Part shown: positions 19,168 to 28,061 of the stretch, piece after piece
Position numbering within the stretch: position 1 is the stretch's first letter
Layout: every line of letters begins with the position of its first letter
Source: Thermoplasmata archaeon
GTDB taxonomy: Archaea > Thermoplasmatota > Thermoplasmata > Lutacidiplasmatales > UBA184
Direction: 5' to 3'
NCBI GenBank assembly: GCA_033854115.1
Contig: JAWOKS010000035.1
Span: forward strand, 4,341-68,340
Length of the DNA: 64,000 nt
The notes under the pieces: generated by a model
What the model saw: the letters and a program-made list of their open reading frames with translations, nothing else
Told to the model about the DNA's origin: nothing
The model's database searches: none
Program-made: the position numbers and the translations under genes

Positions 19168-21099
19168 TCAACTCTTCCCCGGATGCGTCGGGCGCTGGAA
19201 GTTCACCGACAGGCGGTAGCTCCCGTCCAGGTGGGCCGACTCGACCGGGAGCCCGAGACGGTGGAGGACCTTCATCGCCGGGGTGTTGTCGGGCAGGACC
19301 TCGGCCACGAAGCCCGTGACCCCGCTGTTGCGCGCGATGCGGGCCAGGTAACGCACGAGGAACGTCCCGATGCCCCGACGCTGGAAGTCGTCGCGGACGA
19401 GGTAGGAGACCTCCGCGACGTTGCTCGAGGGGTTCATCGCGTAGGCGCCGATGCAGATGATCTGCTCGCGCTCGGGCTGGCGCGGGTCCTGGACGACCCC
19501 CACGATCGCCATCTCGCTCTGGTAGTCGATGTTCACGAAACGGACGAGCCCCCGGTGGGGCATCGAACGGAGCGACTCGAAGAACCGCTGGTAGATCGAC
19601 TGCTCGGACAGGCGGTAGAACAGGTCCTTCACCATCGGCTCGTCCGTCGACCGGATCGGGCGGAACAGGACGCGGAGCCCTTTCGGGAACGAGTGGCTCA
19701 TCGTCCATTGGGCCGGGTAGACCGCGGCGATCTCGGGGATGTCGTCGGCGATGAACTTGAGGCGCTTCGCCTCGCGGATCAGCTCGGCCCGGAACGAGGG
19801 GTGGGCGATCGAGATCAGCGCGAGCGCGCGCTCCTGGATCGTGCGACCGTGCAGGTAGGCGACGCCCCACTCGGTCACGACGTAGTGCACGTCGCCCCGG
19901 CTGGTGACGACCCCCGCGCCCGGCTTCAGCTGCGGCGTGATGCGGGAGACCTTGCCGTCCGAGGCGGTCGACGGGAGCGCGATGATCGCCTTGCCGCCCT
20001 TCGAGCGGGACGCGCCCCGCACGAAGTCGACCTGCCCGCCGATCCCCGAGTAGAAGTACGAACCGAGGCTGTCCGCGCAGACCTGGCCCGTGAGGTCGAC
20101 CTCGAGGGCGCTGTTGATCGAGACCATCCGGTCGTTCTGCGCGATCACGAACGGGTCGTTCGTGTACGAGACCGGGTGGAAGTCGATGAGCGGGTTGTTG
20201 TCGACGAACTCGTAGAGCGCTCGCGATCCCATGCAGAAGGCGGCGACGACCTTCCCCCGGTGGATCGATTTCTTCGCGTTCGTGATGACGCCGCGCCGGA
20301 CGAGGTGCATCATCCCGTCCGAGAACATCTCGGTGTGGATCCCGAGGTCCTTCTTGTCCTTCAGGTAGTAGAGCACGCTGTCCGGGATCGTGCCGATCCC
20401 CATCTGGAGCGTCGCGCCGTCCTCCACCAGGCTCGCGATGTGCCGGCCCACCTCACGCGCCACCTCGTCCGGCACCCCGACCGTGGCCTCGAGGATCGGA
20501 TAGTCGACCGGCACGAGGAGGTCGAGGTCGTCGACGTGCACGAACGAGTCGCCGAGCGCGCGGGGCATCTGCTCGTTGACCTCGGCGATCACGAGCTGGG
20601 CGGCCTCGGTCGCGGGCTTCACCACGTCCGTGCTCACGCCGTACGAACAGTAGCCGTGCGCGTCGGGCGGGCTCACCTCGATGAGCGCGACGTCGACCGC
20701 GACGCGGCCGTTCTCGAAGAGGCGGGGGATCTCGCTGAGGAAGATCGGCGTGTAGTCGGCCCGACCTTGGGCGATCGCGTCGCGGACGTTGGGTCCGATG
20801 AACAGTGCGTTGTGCCGGAAGTTGTCGCCCCACTTCGGCTCGACGTACGGAGCGAGGCCGAGCGTGAGGATGTGGACGATCTCCGCCCCGAACACCGATT
20901 CGGCGCGCTTCACGAGGGCCTCGACGAGGCGCTGCGGTTCGGCCGCCCCCGAGCCGATGAAGATGTGGTTCCCGCTCTCGATCTCCGCCACCGCCGTATC
21001 GGGGTCCCGGACCTTCTCGCGGTAGCGGTGGACCCAAGCGGGCGGTTCGGACGCCCCGGTCGGAGGGGCCACCGGCGCCGGGAGGCTCTCCACGGTCAT
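19168..21099 (-). CDS. Fusion protein: acetyl-CoA hydrolase/CoA-transferase domain plus C-terminal Pat-type GNAT acetyltransferase domain
   Basis: N-terminal about 430 aa has the CoA-transferase pattern (GIGTIPDSV, EVDLTGQVCADS, GIGGQVDF). C-terminus has FRPIRSTDEP..LSEQSIYQRFF and QRRGIGT. ATG 21099 is preferred over TTG 21195. Confidence 0.85.
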   Translation of the reverse strand: MTVESLPAPVAPPTGASEPPAWVHRYREKVRDPDTAVAEIESGNHIFIGSGAAEPQRLVEALVKRAESVFGAEIVHILTLGLAPYVEPKWGDNFRHNALFIGPNVRDAIAQGRADYTPIFLSEIPRLFENGRVAVDVALIEVSPPDAHGYCSYGVSTDVVKPATEAAQLVIAEVNEQMPRALGDSFVHVDDLDLLVPVDYPILEATVGVPDEVAREVGRHIASLVEDGATLQMGIGTIPDSVLYYLKDKKDLGIHTEMFSDGMMHLVRRGVITNAKKSIHRGKVVAAFCMGSRALYEFVDNNPLIDFHPVSYTNDPFVIAQNDRMVSINSALEVDLTGQVCADSLGSYFYSGIGGQVDFVRGASRSKGGKAIIALPSTASDGKVSRITPQLKPGAGVVTSRGDVHYVVTEWGVAYLHGRTIQERALALISIAHPSFRAELIREAKRLKFIADDIPEIAAVYPAQWTMSHSFPKGLRVLFRPIRSTDEPMVKDLFYRLSEQSIYQRFFESLRSMPHRGLVRFVNIDYQSEMAIVGVVQDPRQPEREQIICIGAYAMNPSSNVAEVSYLVRDDFQRRGIGTFLVRYLARIARNSGVTGFVAEVLPDNTPAMKVLHRLGLPVESAHLDGSYRLSVNFQRPTHPGKS

Positions 21100-21352
21100 G
21101 GGGGCACGCTCGACGTGACGCTCCGGCCGCTCCCGACCGGGCCGGACCCGGTACCACGCGAGCGAGGCGCAGGAAGTCCGACCACGAGGGTCCAACTCGG
21201 GGCCGGGGGTTATCCCCCTTTCGTCAACTGAGGTAGTGCCCGGGACCGGGAGCGGCCCATCGGCGCGGGGACGACGGCGCCCGTGCGGCTCGGGCCCGAC
21301 CCGATCGGAGAGCCGGCCGTCCCCCTCCGCGCGGGTGGGGGGTCCGTCCGGG

Positions 21353-21964
21353 CTAGTGCGGCAGGACCTTCTTCCCGCCGTGGTGGGCCGCCGTGAGGAT
21401 GGCGGTGGCCGTGTACCAGGCCCCGGCGCCGCTCACGAACGTCACGATGCCGGAAGCCGCCCAGAGGGCCTCGCTCGGGGGCTTCGCAGCCCCCTCGAGC
21501 CCGAAGTCGACCGCGAGGAAGATGAAGGCGAGCAGGAGGGTCCAGAACACGAACGCGATCGCGGGCCCGTGGTAGTGGGCGTTGATCGCGAACGAGAGCG
21601 TGAACATCGCCCAGACGATCATGAACCACATCACCCCGTAGGGCCCGGGCTCGCCGAACGCCGATGTGAGCAGACCGCTCACGAGGAGAGTGAACGCCAA
21701 CCAGAACGCGCCGAATCCCATGAACGCCGAGGCCGGGAAGATCTCGCCCCGTCGCGCCATGATGATCCCGGCGACGAACTGCGCGCCCCCGCCGAAGGCG
21801 ACCGCCATCGGGAAGACGGCGCCGTTCGTCACCCCCCAGTGCGCGCCGTTGGACGCGATCGCCATGCCGGCGACCATGGTGGTCATGCCGAAGCCGCACA
21901 GACCGACGACGCTCGCGGGCGCCCAGAACGGGTCTTGACGAACCTCGGGGGAGGGAGCCGCCAT
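21353..21964 (-). CDS. satP: GPR1/FUN34/YaaH-family acetate/succinate channel
   Basis: NPGGL just upstream, then six TM helices with FGGGAQFVAG and FMGFGAFW. Start taken at ATG 21964. Confidence 0.82.
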   Translation of the reverse strand: MAAPSPEVRQDPFWAPASVVGLCGFGMTTMVAGMAIASNGAHWGVTNGAVFPMAVAFGGGAQFVAGIIMARRGEIFPASAFMGFGAFWLAFTLLVSGLLTSAFGEPGPYGVMWFMIVWAMFTLSFAINAHYHGPAIAFVFWTLLLAFIFLAVDFGLEGAAKPPSEALWAASGIVTFVSGAGAWYTATAILTAAHHGGKKVLPH

Positions 21965-22121
21965 GGACCACGGTAGACCGCCCGGGTTGAAGAAGCGTAT
22001 CGAAGTATGCCGCACTGCGGCACGTCCCGGGGTCTCACGGGCCACGCCTCCCGCGCGAGCCTCCGAACCTTCCGATCCCTCGGGCCGTCGCGCCCGAAGC
22101 GGGCGTCAACCGCACTTTCCT

Positions 22122-22136
22122 GAAATTAGTAAATAG
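22122..22136 (+). promoter_or_regulatory. TATA box for acs (leaderless geometry)
   Basis: gaaattagtaaatag. Its core lies about 27 nt upstream of ATG 22157. Confidence 0.55.
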
Positions 22137-22156
22137 CGTTCCACCGATGGCGCGCC

Positions 22157-24286
22157 ATGAGCTCGAAGGCGGCACGCTCGGGCCTGGCTGCGGAGAAGAA
22201 CGACTCGGCGTCCCGCCTCAGCGAGGCCGAGATCGCGGTCCATTGGAAGGAGGAGGAGCTCTTCACGCCCCCGGCGAAGTTCCTCGCCCAAGCGAACCTC
22301 AAGGACCCCCAGATCCGGGAGAAGTTCTCACTCGAGCGCTTCCCCGAATGCTTTCGCGAGTACTCGGACCTCTTGTCGTGGGACACGAAGTGGACCTCGA
22401 TCTTCGACGGGTCCGATCCGCCGTTCTACCGGTGGTTCGTCGGCGGGAAGCTGAACGCGAGCTACAACTGCGTCGACCGCCATCTCGAGCAGCACCGGAA
22501 CAAGGCGGCGTTCATCTTCGTCGCCGAACCGGAGGAGGAGCCGCCGGTCGCGATCACCTACCAGGAGCTCTTCGTCCGGGTCAACGAGCTCGCGGCCGTC
22601 CTCCGGGACGAGCTCGGCCTCAAGGCCGGGGACCGCGTGACCATCCACCTCCCGATGACCCCCGAGCTCCCCATCACCATGCTCGCCTGTGCGCGTCTCG
22701 GCGTCGTGCACTCCGTCGTCTTCGGGGGCTTCAGCGGGGAGTCCGCGGGCCGCCGGGCGGCCGACTCCGGTAGCCGCGTCCTCATCACGATCGACGGCTA
22801 CTACCGCAACGGCAAGCTCCTCGACCACCGGCCCGCCGCCGATGTCGCGGTCGCGACCGCGAAGGCCGAGGGGCATACGATCGATACGGTCCTCATCTGG
22901 CAGCGGCACCCGGGGAAGTACGCCTCCGCGACGCCGCTCGTCGAGGGACGCGACCGGGTCGTCAACGACCTCCTCAAAAAGTACCGGGGCCACCGGGTCG
23001 AGCCGGTCTCGATGCCGGCGGACGCGCCCCTCTTCCTCATGTACACGAGCGGGACGACCGGCCGGCCGAAAGGCTGCCAGCATTCCGTCGGGGGCTTCCT
23101 CGCCTACGCGGCCGGGACCTCGCTCTGGGTCCAGGACATCCATCCGAACGACGTCTACTGGTGCACCGCCGACATCGGCTGGATCACCGGCCACACGTAC
23201 ATCGTCTACGGCCCGCTCGCCCTCGCCGCGACGAGCGTTCTCTACGAGGGCGTCCCGACCTTCCCAGACGCCGGCCGCTTCTGGCGGATCGCGGAGCAGC
23301 TCGGGGTGAACATCTTCCACACGTCGCCGACCGCGATCCGCCAGCTCCGCCGCCTCGGCCCCGACGAGCCGAAGAAGTACCACTACGCGTTCAAGACCAT
23401 GACCACGGTCGGCGAGCCGATCGAGCCCGAGGCGTGGAAGTGGTACTACCACGAGGTCGGCAAGGACCACGCCGTGATCACGGACACCTGGTGGCAGACC
23501 GAGACGGGCGGGGTCCTCTGCACCACGCTGCCGGGGATCGACAAGATGAAGCCCGGTAGCTGCGGGCCCGGCGCTCCCGGCATCCATCCGGTGATCATCG
23601 ACGAGAACGGCCAGGAGATCCCGGCCGGATCGAACCGTGCCGGGAACATCTGCATCCGCAACCCCTGGCCCGGGCTCATGACGACGATCTGGGGCGACCC
23701 GGACCGCTACAAGAAGATGTACTTCACGAAGTACAACACGCGCCCGAACAGCAAGGACTGGCGCGACTGGCCGTACTTCGCGGGCGACGGGGCGATGCTG
23801 TCGGCGGACGGCTACTTCCGCATCCTCGGCCGCGTCGACGACGTGATCAACGTCGCCGGCCACCGACTGGGGACGAAGGAGATCGAGTCCGCGTGTCTCA
23901 CCGTGCCCGAGATCGCGGAGGCGGCCGTCGTGCCGATCGCGGACGAGCTCAAGGGCCGGGTCCCTGAGGTGTTCGTCACGCTCCGGCCGGGCCTGAGTCC
24001 GAGCCCGGCGATCGAGCGCAAGGTCATCCACGCCGTCGAGACCGAGATCGGCAAGATCGCTCGGCCGTCCGCGGTGCGCTTCGTCCCCGACATGCCCAAG
24101 ACCCGGTCCGGCAAGATCATGCGACGGGTGCTCGCGGCGATCTCGAACACGATGGACGTCGGCGACACGACGACCCTGGCGAACCCGGAGGTCGTCGAGC
24201 AGATCCGTGTCCTCGTCCAGGGGAAGGAGAAGGTCGTGACCCGCACCGGCCCCGAGGACATCAAGACGTTCGGCGAGGGCGGCTGA
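22157..24286 (+). CDS. acs: Acetyl-CoA synthetase (AMP-forming acetate-CoA ligase)
   Basis: 709 aa with YTSGTTGRPKG, WWQTETGG and the C-terminal PKTRSGKIMRR motif containing the catalytic, acetylatable Lys. Confidence 0.95.
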   Translation: MSSKAARSGLAAEKNDSASRLSEAEIAVHWKEEELFTPPAKFLAQANLKDPQIREKFSLERFPECFREYSDLLSWDTKWTSIFDGSDPPFYRWFVGGKLNASYNCVDRHLEQHRNKAAFIFVAEPEEEPPVAITYQELFVRVNELAAVLRDELGLKAGDRVTIHLPMTPELPITMLACARLGVVHSVVFGGFSGESAGRRAADSGSRVLITIDGYYRNGKLLDHRPAADVAVATAKAEGHTIDTVLIWQRHPGKYASATPLVEGRDRVVNDLLKKYRGHRVEPVSMPADAPLFLMYTSGTTGRPKGCQHSVGGFLAYAAGTSLWVQDIHPNDVYWCTADIGWITGHTYIVYGPLALAATSVLYEGVPTFPDAGRFWRIAEQLGVNIFHTSPTAIRQLRRLGPDEPKKYHYAFKTMTTVGEPIEPEAWKWYYHEVGKDHAVITDTWWQTETGGVLCTTLPGIDKMKPGSCGPGAPGIHPVIIDENGQEIPAGSNRAGNICIRNPWPGLMTTIWGDPDRYKKMYFTKYNTRPNSKDWRDWPYFAGDGAMLSADGYFRILGRVDDVINVAGHRLGTKEIESACLTVPEIAEAAVVPIADELKGRVPEVFVTLRPGLSPSPAIERKVIHAVETEIGKIARPSAVRFVPDMPKTRSGKIMRRVLAAISNTMDVGDTTTLANPEVVEQIRVLVQGKEKVVTRTGPEDIKTFGEGG

Positions 24287-24345
24287 GCCCGGGCGCCCTT
24301 GTCGCCCGCTCGCCCGTCGCGACGCCGGGCCCGGGGACCGGAGAA

Positions 24346-24354
24346 CCCTTAGAG
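24346..24354 (+). promoter_or_regulatory. TATA-like box for moaDE (leaderless geometry)
   Basis: cccttagag centred about 27 nt upstream of GTG 24377. Confidence 0.4.
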
Positions 24355-24376
24355 CGGCCGGGGCCCTGGGTCCTCC

Positions 24377-24634
24377 GTGCCGCGCCCGGTCCAGGTACGC
24401 CTCTTCGCGACGGCCCGCCAGCTCGTCGGGCGCGCGACGCTCCCGTGGCCCGTACCCGACGAAGGCGTCCGGGCCCGCGAGCTCGTCGCGGCGCTGCGGG
24501 AAGCGTACCCGCGCCTTGCCCCGACGCTCCGGGTGAGCCGCTTCCTCCGCAACGACCGTTACCTCACGGACCTCGAAGAGACCGTCCGCCCGGGCGACGA
24601 GTTCGCGGTCCATCCTCCGTACGGGGGCGGCTAG
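24377..24634 (+). CDS. moaD: MoaD/ThiS-family sulfur-carrier protein (molybdopterin synthase small subunit)
   Basis: 85 aa ending ...VHPPYGGG (C-terminal Gly-Gly). moaE starts 2 nt after its stop. Confidence 0.8.
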   Translation: MPRPVQVRLFATARQLVGRATLPWPVPDEGVRARELVAALREAYPRLAPTLRVSRFLRNDRYLTDLEETVRPGDEFAVHPPYGGG

Positions 24635-24636
24635 CC

Positions 24637-25077
24637 GTGGCCGTCCTCCTCACCCGCCGGGCGCTTTCGCTCGCAGCCGCGGAGGCGCGCCTCGTTGTCG
24701 GTCCGGGAGGAGCGGTCGTGATCTTCGCCGGTCGCGTCCGCCCGGACCGGCGGGGATCCTCCCGCGTCACGGCGCTGGACTACGAGGTCGACCGGATCCC
24801 TGCGCTCGCGCAGCTCGCGGTGATCGAACGACGTGCCCGCCGGCGCTTCGGGGCGCGCCGGCTCCTCCTGTGGCACCGGATCGGGCGCGTACCGGTGGGC
24901 GAGATCGCGGTCATCACGGGTGCGGTCGGCGCCCATCGTGCCGAGACGTTCGCCGCGGCCCGCTTCCTCATCGAGGAGCTGAAGGCCGAGGTCCCTATCT
25001 GGAAGGAGGAGCGAGGACGACCCGCGCGTCGACCGCGACGACGCCCTCGCCGACCGCCTGGACGAGCAGCGGGTTGA
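24637..25077 (+). CDS. moaE: Molybdopterin synthase catalytic subunit MoaE
   Basis: GAVVIFAGRVR, LDYE, VGEIAVITGAVGAHRAETF, LKAEVPIWKEE. GTG 24637 lies inside track ORF 24445-25077. Confidence 0.8.
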   Translation: MAVLLTRRALSLAAAEARLVVGPGGAVVIFAGRVRPDRRGSSRVTALDYEVDRIPALAQLAVIERRARRRFGARRLLLWHRIGRVPVGEIAVITGAVGAHRAETFAAARFLIEELKAEVPIWKEERGRPARRPRRRPRRPPGRAAG

Positions 25078-27130
25078 GGTCGAGCTCGACGATCTCCGGC
25101 CGCTCGACGGCGAGCTGCGAGATCCGCTCGATCGCCTCCGCGAGGGCCTCGACATCGCTCGGGCGCTCCCCGCGGACCCCCTGGAGCAGGGGGTAGCTCC
25201 GGACCGACTCGATCATGTGCCGGGCGGAGAGCGGCCGCATCGGCGCGAGGCGGAAGGTCACGTCGCGCAGCGCCTCCACGTAGATCCCGCCGATCCCGAA
25301 GACGACGATCGGCCCGAACGTCGGGTCGCGCTGGACGCCGATCAGGACCTCCTTGCCCCCGGAGACCTGGGCCTCGACCTCGTAGCCGCTGATCGCGGCG
25401 CGGGGCGCCGCGGTCGCCACCGCCCGCGCCATCCGCTCCCAGGCCGCCCGAAGGTCGGCGGCGTCCGCGAGCCCGAGCGCGACCCCCCCGACGTCCGTCT
25501 TGTGCGAGATGTCGGGGGAGGCCACCTTGAGCACGACGGGGAACCCGATCCGGGACGCGGCGGCGACCGCCTCCTCGACCGAGCGGACGAGCGCGGTCTC
25601 GGGGAAGCGGATCCCGTACGCCTCGAGGAGGCCGCGCGCGGCGTACTCCGGGAGGACGGTCGATCCCGCCTCCAGCGCCTGGCGCACGATCGCGTCGGCC
25701 TTGGCGCGGTCGACGTCGAACGCGCGGACCGGCTCGTGGCGGCGCGTCTTCCAGGCGCGCCACCGGGCGAGGCTGCCGAGGCCCTCCACGGCCTCCTCGG
25801 GGAACGTGTAGGTCGGGACCCCGTGCCTTTCGAGGAACGCGACCTCGGTCGAGAGGTCGCTCACGCCGAACAGGCAGGCGACGATCGGCTTCTTCGTGGT
25901 CGCCCTCGCCTCGAGGATCGCGCGCGCCACCGTCTCCCCCGTGAGGTGCCCGGCGGGCGTCGAGACGACGAGGGCGCCGTCGTACGCGTTCGAGCCGAGG
26001 ACGTCGAGCAGGATCCGGCGGTACTCTTCCGCGGGGGTCTCCGCGGTCATGTCGAGGGGGTTCGCGATCGTCGCGACCGACGGGAGCCCGGGGGCAAGGG
26101 CGGCTCGCGAGCTTTCCGGGAGCGGAGGCAGCTCGAGCCCCTGGCGCACCGCGGCGTCCGCCGCCACGATCCCGGGGCCTCCTGAGTTCGTGAGGATGAA
26201 CAGGCGCGGACCGTCGAGCTCGAGCCCGCTCGAAAAGATCTTCGCGAGGCGGAACAGGTCGCCGAGCGAATCGACGCGCTCCACGCCGGACTGGGCGAAG
26301 ACCGAGTCGAACAGCTCGTCCCGGCCGGCCTGGGCGAGCGAGCCGGTGTGGCTGCGAGCCGCCCGCTCGCCCACGATCGTCCGGCCGCTCTTGATCACGA
26401 GCACCGGCTTGCGGTCGGTGACGTCCCGCGCGATCTCGAGGAACCGGCGGCCGCTCGCGAGGCTTTCCACGTAGAGGAGGATGACCTCGGTCCGCGGGTC
26501 GCGGTCGAGGGCGGTCAGGAGGTCGTTCTCGTCGACGCCGGCGCGGTTCCCGACCGAGACGAACCGCGAGAACCCGATCCGCTCGGACGCCCCGTAGCGA
26601 AGGATCCCGGCGCCGAGCGCGCCGCTCTGGGAGACGAACGCGATGTTGCCGGCGGGGGGGAGCGACTCGCTGAATGTCGCGTTCAGGCCGACCGCGGGGT
26701 CGGTGTTGAAGACGCCGAAGCAGTTCGGTCCGACCAGCGACATGCGGTGGGCCGCGGCCCGCGCGACGACCTCCGCCTCGAGCGTGGCGCCCGCCTCGCC
26801 GACCTCGCGGAACCCGGCCGAGATGATGATCGCCCCGCGGGCGCCAGCGCGTCCGAGCTCGTCGACCGTCTCCGCGACGTGCGCGGCCGGGACGATCACG
26901 ACGCCGAGGTCGGGCGGCTCGGGCAGGGAGGCGACGTCCGGGTAGCACCGGACGCCCGAGACGCTCTTCCAGGTCGGGTTCACCGGGTACGCGATCCCCT
27001 GGAAGCCGGCCGAGAGGAGGTTCCGGAAGAGGGTGGTGCCGACGCGGCCCGGGCGGTTCGAGGCGCCGATCACCGCGACCGAGCGCGGGCAGAACAGCTC
27101 GTCGAGCTCCGGTGAACGACCGACGCTCAT
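24995..27130 (-). CDS. acd: Acetyl-CoA synthetase (ADP-forming), fused alpha-beta (ACD)
   Basis: 711 aa. N-terminal CoA-binding region PRSVAVIGASNRPGRVG, a succinyl-CoA-synthetase-like middle domain and a C-terminal ATP-grasp domain. Confidence 0.9.
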   Translation of the reverse strand: MSVGRSPELDELFCPRSVAVIGASNRPGRVGTTLFRNLLSAGFQGIAYPVNPTWKSVSGVRCYPDVASLPEPPDLGVVIVPAAHVAETVDELGRAGARGAIIISAGFREVGEAGATLEAEVVARAAAHRMSLVGPNCFGVFNTDPAVGLNATFSESLPPAGNIAFVSQSGALGAGILRYGASERIGFSRFVSVGNRAGVDENDLLTALDRDPRTEVILLYVESLASGRRFLEIARDVTDRKPVLVIKSGRTIVGERAARSHTGSLAQAGRDELFDSVFAQSGVERVDSLGDLFRLAKIFSSGLELDGPRLFILTNSGGPGIVAADAAVRQGLELPPLPESSRAALAPGLPSVATIANPLDMTAETPAEEYRRILLDVLGSNAYDGALVVSTPAGHLTGETVARAILEARATTKKPIVACLFGVSDLSTEVAFLERHGVPTYTFPEEAVEGLGSLARWRAWKTRRHEPVRAFDVDRAKADAIVRQALEAGSTVLPEYAARGLLEAYGIRFPETALVRSVEEAVAAASRIGFPVVLKVASPDISHKTDVGGVALGLADAADLRAAWERMARAVATAAPRAAISGYEVEAQVSGGKEVLIGVQRDPTFGPIVVFGIGGIYVEALRDVTFRLAPMRPLSARHMIESVRSYPLLQGVRGERPSDVEALAEAIERISQLAVERPEIVELDLNPLLVQAVGEGVVAVDARVVLAPPSR

Positions 27131-27160
27131 CGAAGAAGCCGAAGAGCGACGGGCCGCGCC

Positions 27161-27168
27161 TTATATAT
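27161..27168. promoter_or_regulatory. TATA box between divergent acd and mrp
   Basis: ttatatat lies about 25 nt upstream of GTG 27189 (mrp) and about 34 nt from ATG 27130 (acd, minus strand). Confidence 0.6.
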
Positions 27169-27188
27169 CAACGTCAGGTGGAATTGTC

Positions 27189-28061
27189 GTGAGCGGCCAC
27201 GGTACCGCGCCCGGAACGCCGGCCGCCCACGCGCACGGGCCGGCGTCGTCCCCCGCCCGGGGCCCTCGCGGGCTCCTCCAGCGCATGGACAAGGGGGCGA
27301 TCGCGCGTGTCGTCGCGGTCGGGAGCGGCAAGGGAGGCGTGGGCAAGTCGTCCGTCACCGCGCTCCTCGCCGCGGAGCTCCGCCGGCGGAACAAGGCGGT
27401 GGGCGTGCTCGACGCCGACATCACCGGTCCGTCGATCCCGAAGCTGCTCGGCATGACCGGGCCGCTCGTCGACCGAGGCGAGGGGATCGAGCCGGCGACC
27501 TCGCGCGGCGGAATCCCGGTCGTCTCCTCGCAGTTCATGGTCGAGGACGAGCAGACCCCCGTCATCTGGCGCGGGCCGCTCGTCACCCGCCTCATCACCC
27601 AGTTCTTCGGCTCCGTCCACTGGGGGAAGCTCGACTACCTCCTGATCGACATGCCCCCCGGCACGAGCGACGTCCCGCTCACGGTCTTCCAGACGATCCC
27701 GATCGACGGGATGGTGTTCGTGCTCACGCCGCAGGAGCTCGCCGGTCTCATCGTGAAGAAGGCGATGAACATGGCGCGCGACCTCCACGTCCCGCTCCTC
27801 GGGGTCGTCGAGAACATGGGGTCGATCGTCTGCCCGCACTGCGGGGAGCGCATCGCCCTCTTCGGCCCGAGCGGCGTCGGCCGCGTGGCGGAGGAGTACG
27901 GGATCCCGGTCCTGGGCCGTCTCCCCGTGACGGCGAGCCTGTCGGAGCTCGGGGACGGGGGCCGCCTCGACGAGTTCACGAGCGCGGACGTGAGCGCGCT
28001 CGCGGACGCCTTCGAGAAGGCGGTCACGGACGCCGCGACGAGCTCGATGACGGTCCTCTAG
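27189..28061 (+). CDS. apbC: Mrp/NBP35/ApbC-family Fe-S cluster carrier ATPase
   Basis: VAVGSGKGGVGKSSV deviant Walker A and the CPHCG motif. Start GTG 27189 fits the TATA spacing; ATG 27285 is an alternative. Confidence 0.88.
   Translation: MSGHGTAPGTPAAHAHGPASSPARGPRGLLQRMDKGAIARVVAVGSGKGGVGKSSVTALLAAELRRRNKAVGVLDADITGPSIPKLLGMTGPLVDRGEGIEPATSRGGIPVVSSQFMVEDEQTPVIWRGPLVTRLITQFFGSVHWGKLDYLLIDMPPGTSDVPLTVFQTIPIDGMVFVLTPQELAGLIVKKAMNMARDLHVPLLGVVENMGSIVCPHCGERIALFGPSGVGRVAEEYGIPVLGRLPVTASLSELGDGGRLDEFTSADVSALADAFEKAVTDAATSSMTVL

Noticed and set aside
24377-24634. The MoaD-like Gly-Gly protein as a ubiquitin-like SAMP modifier system.
   Set aside because: It is tightly coupled (2-nt gap) to moaE, which is the classical molybdopterin synthase pair. 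No E1-like or JAMM gene is nearby. A dual role cannot be excluded, but nothing here supports it.
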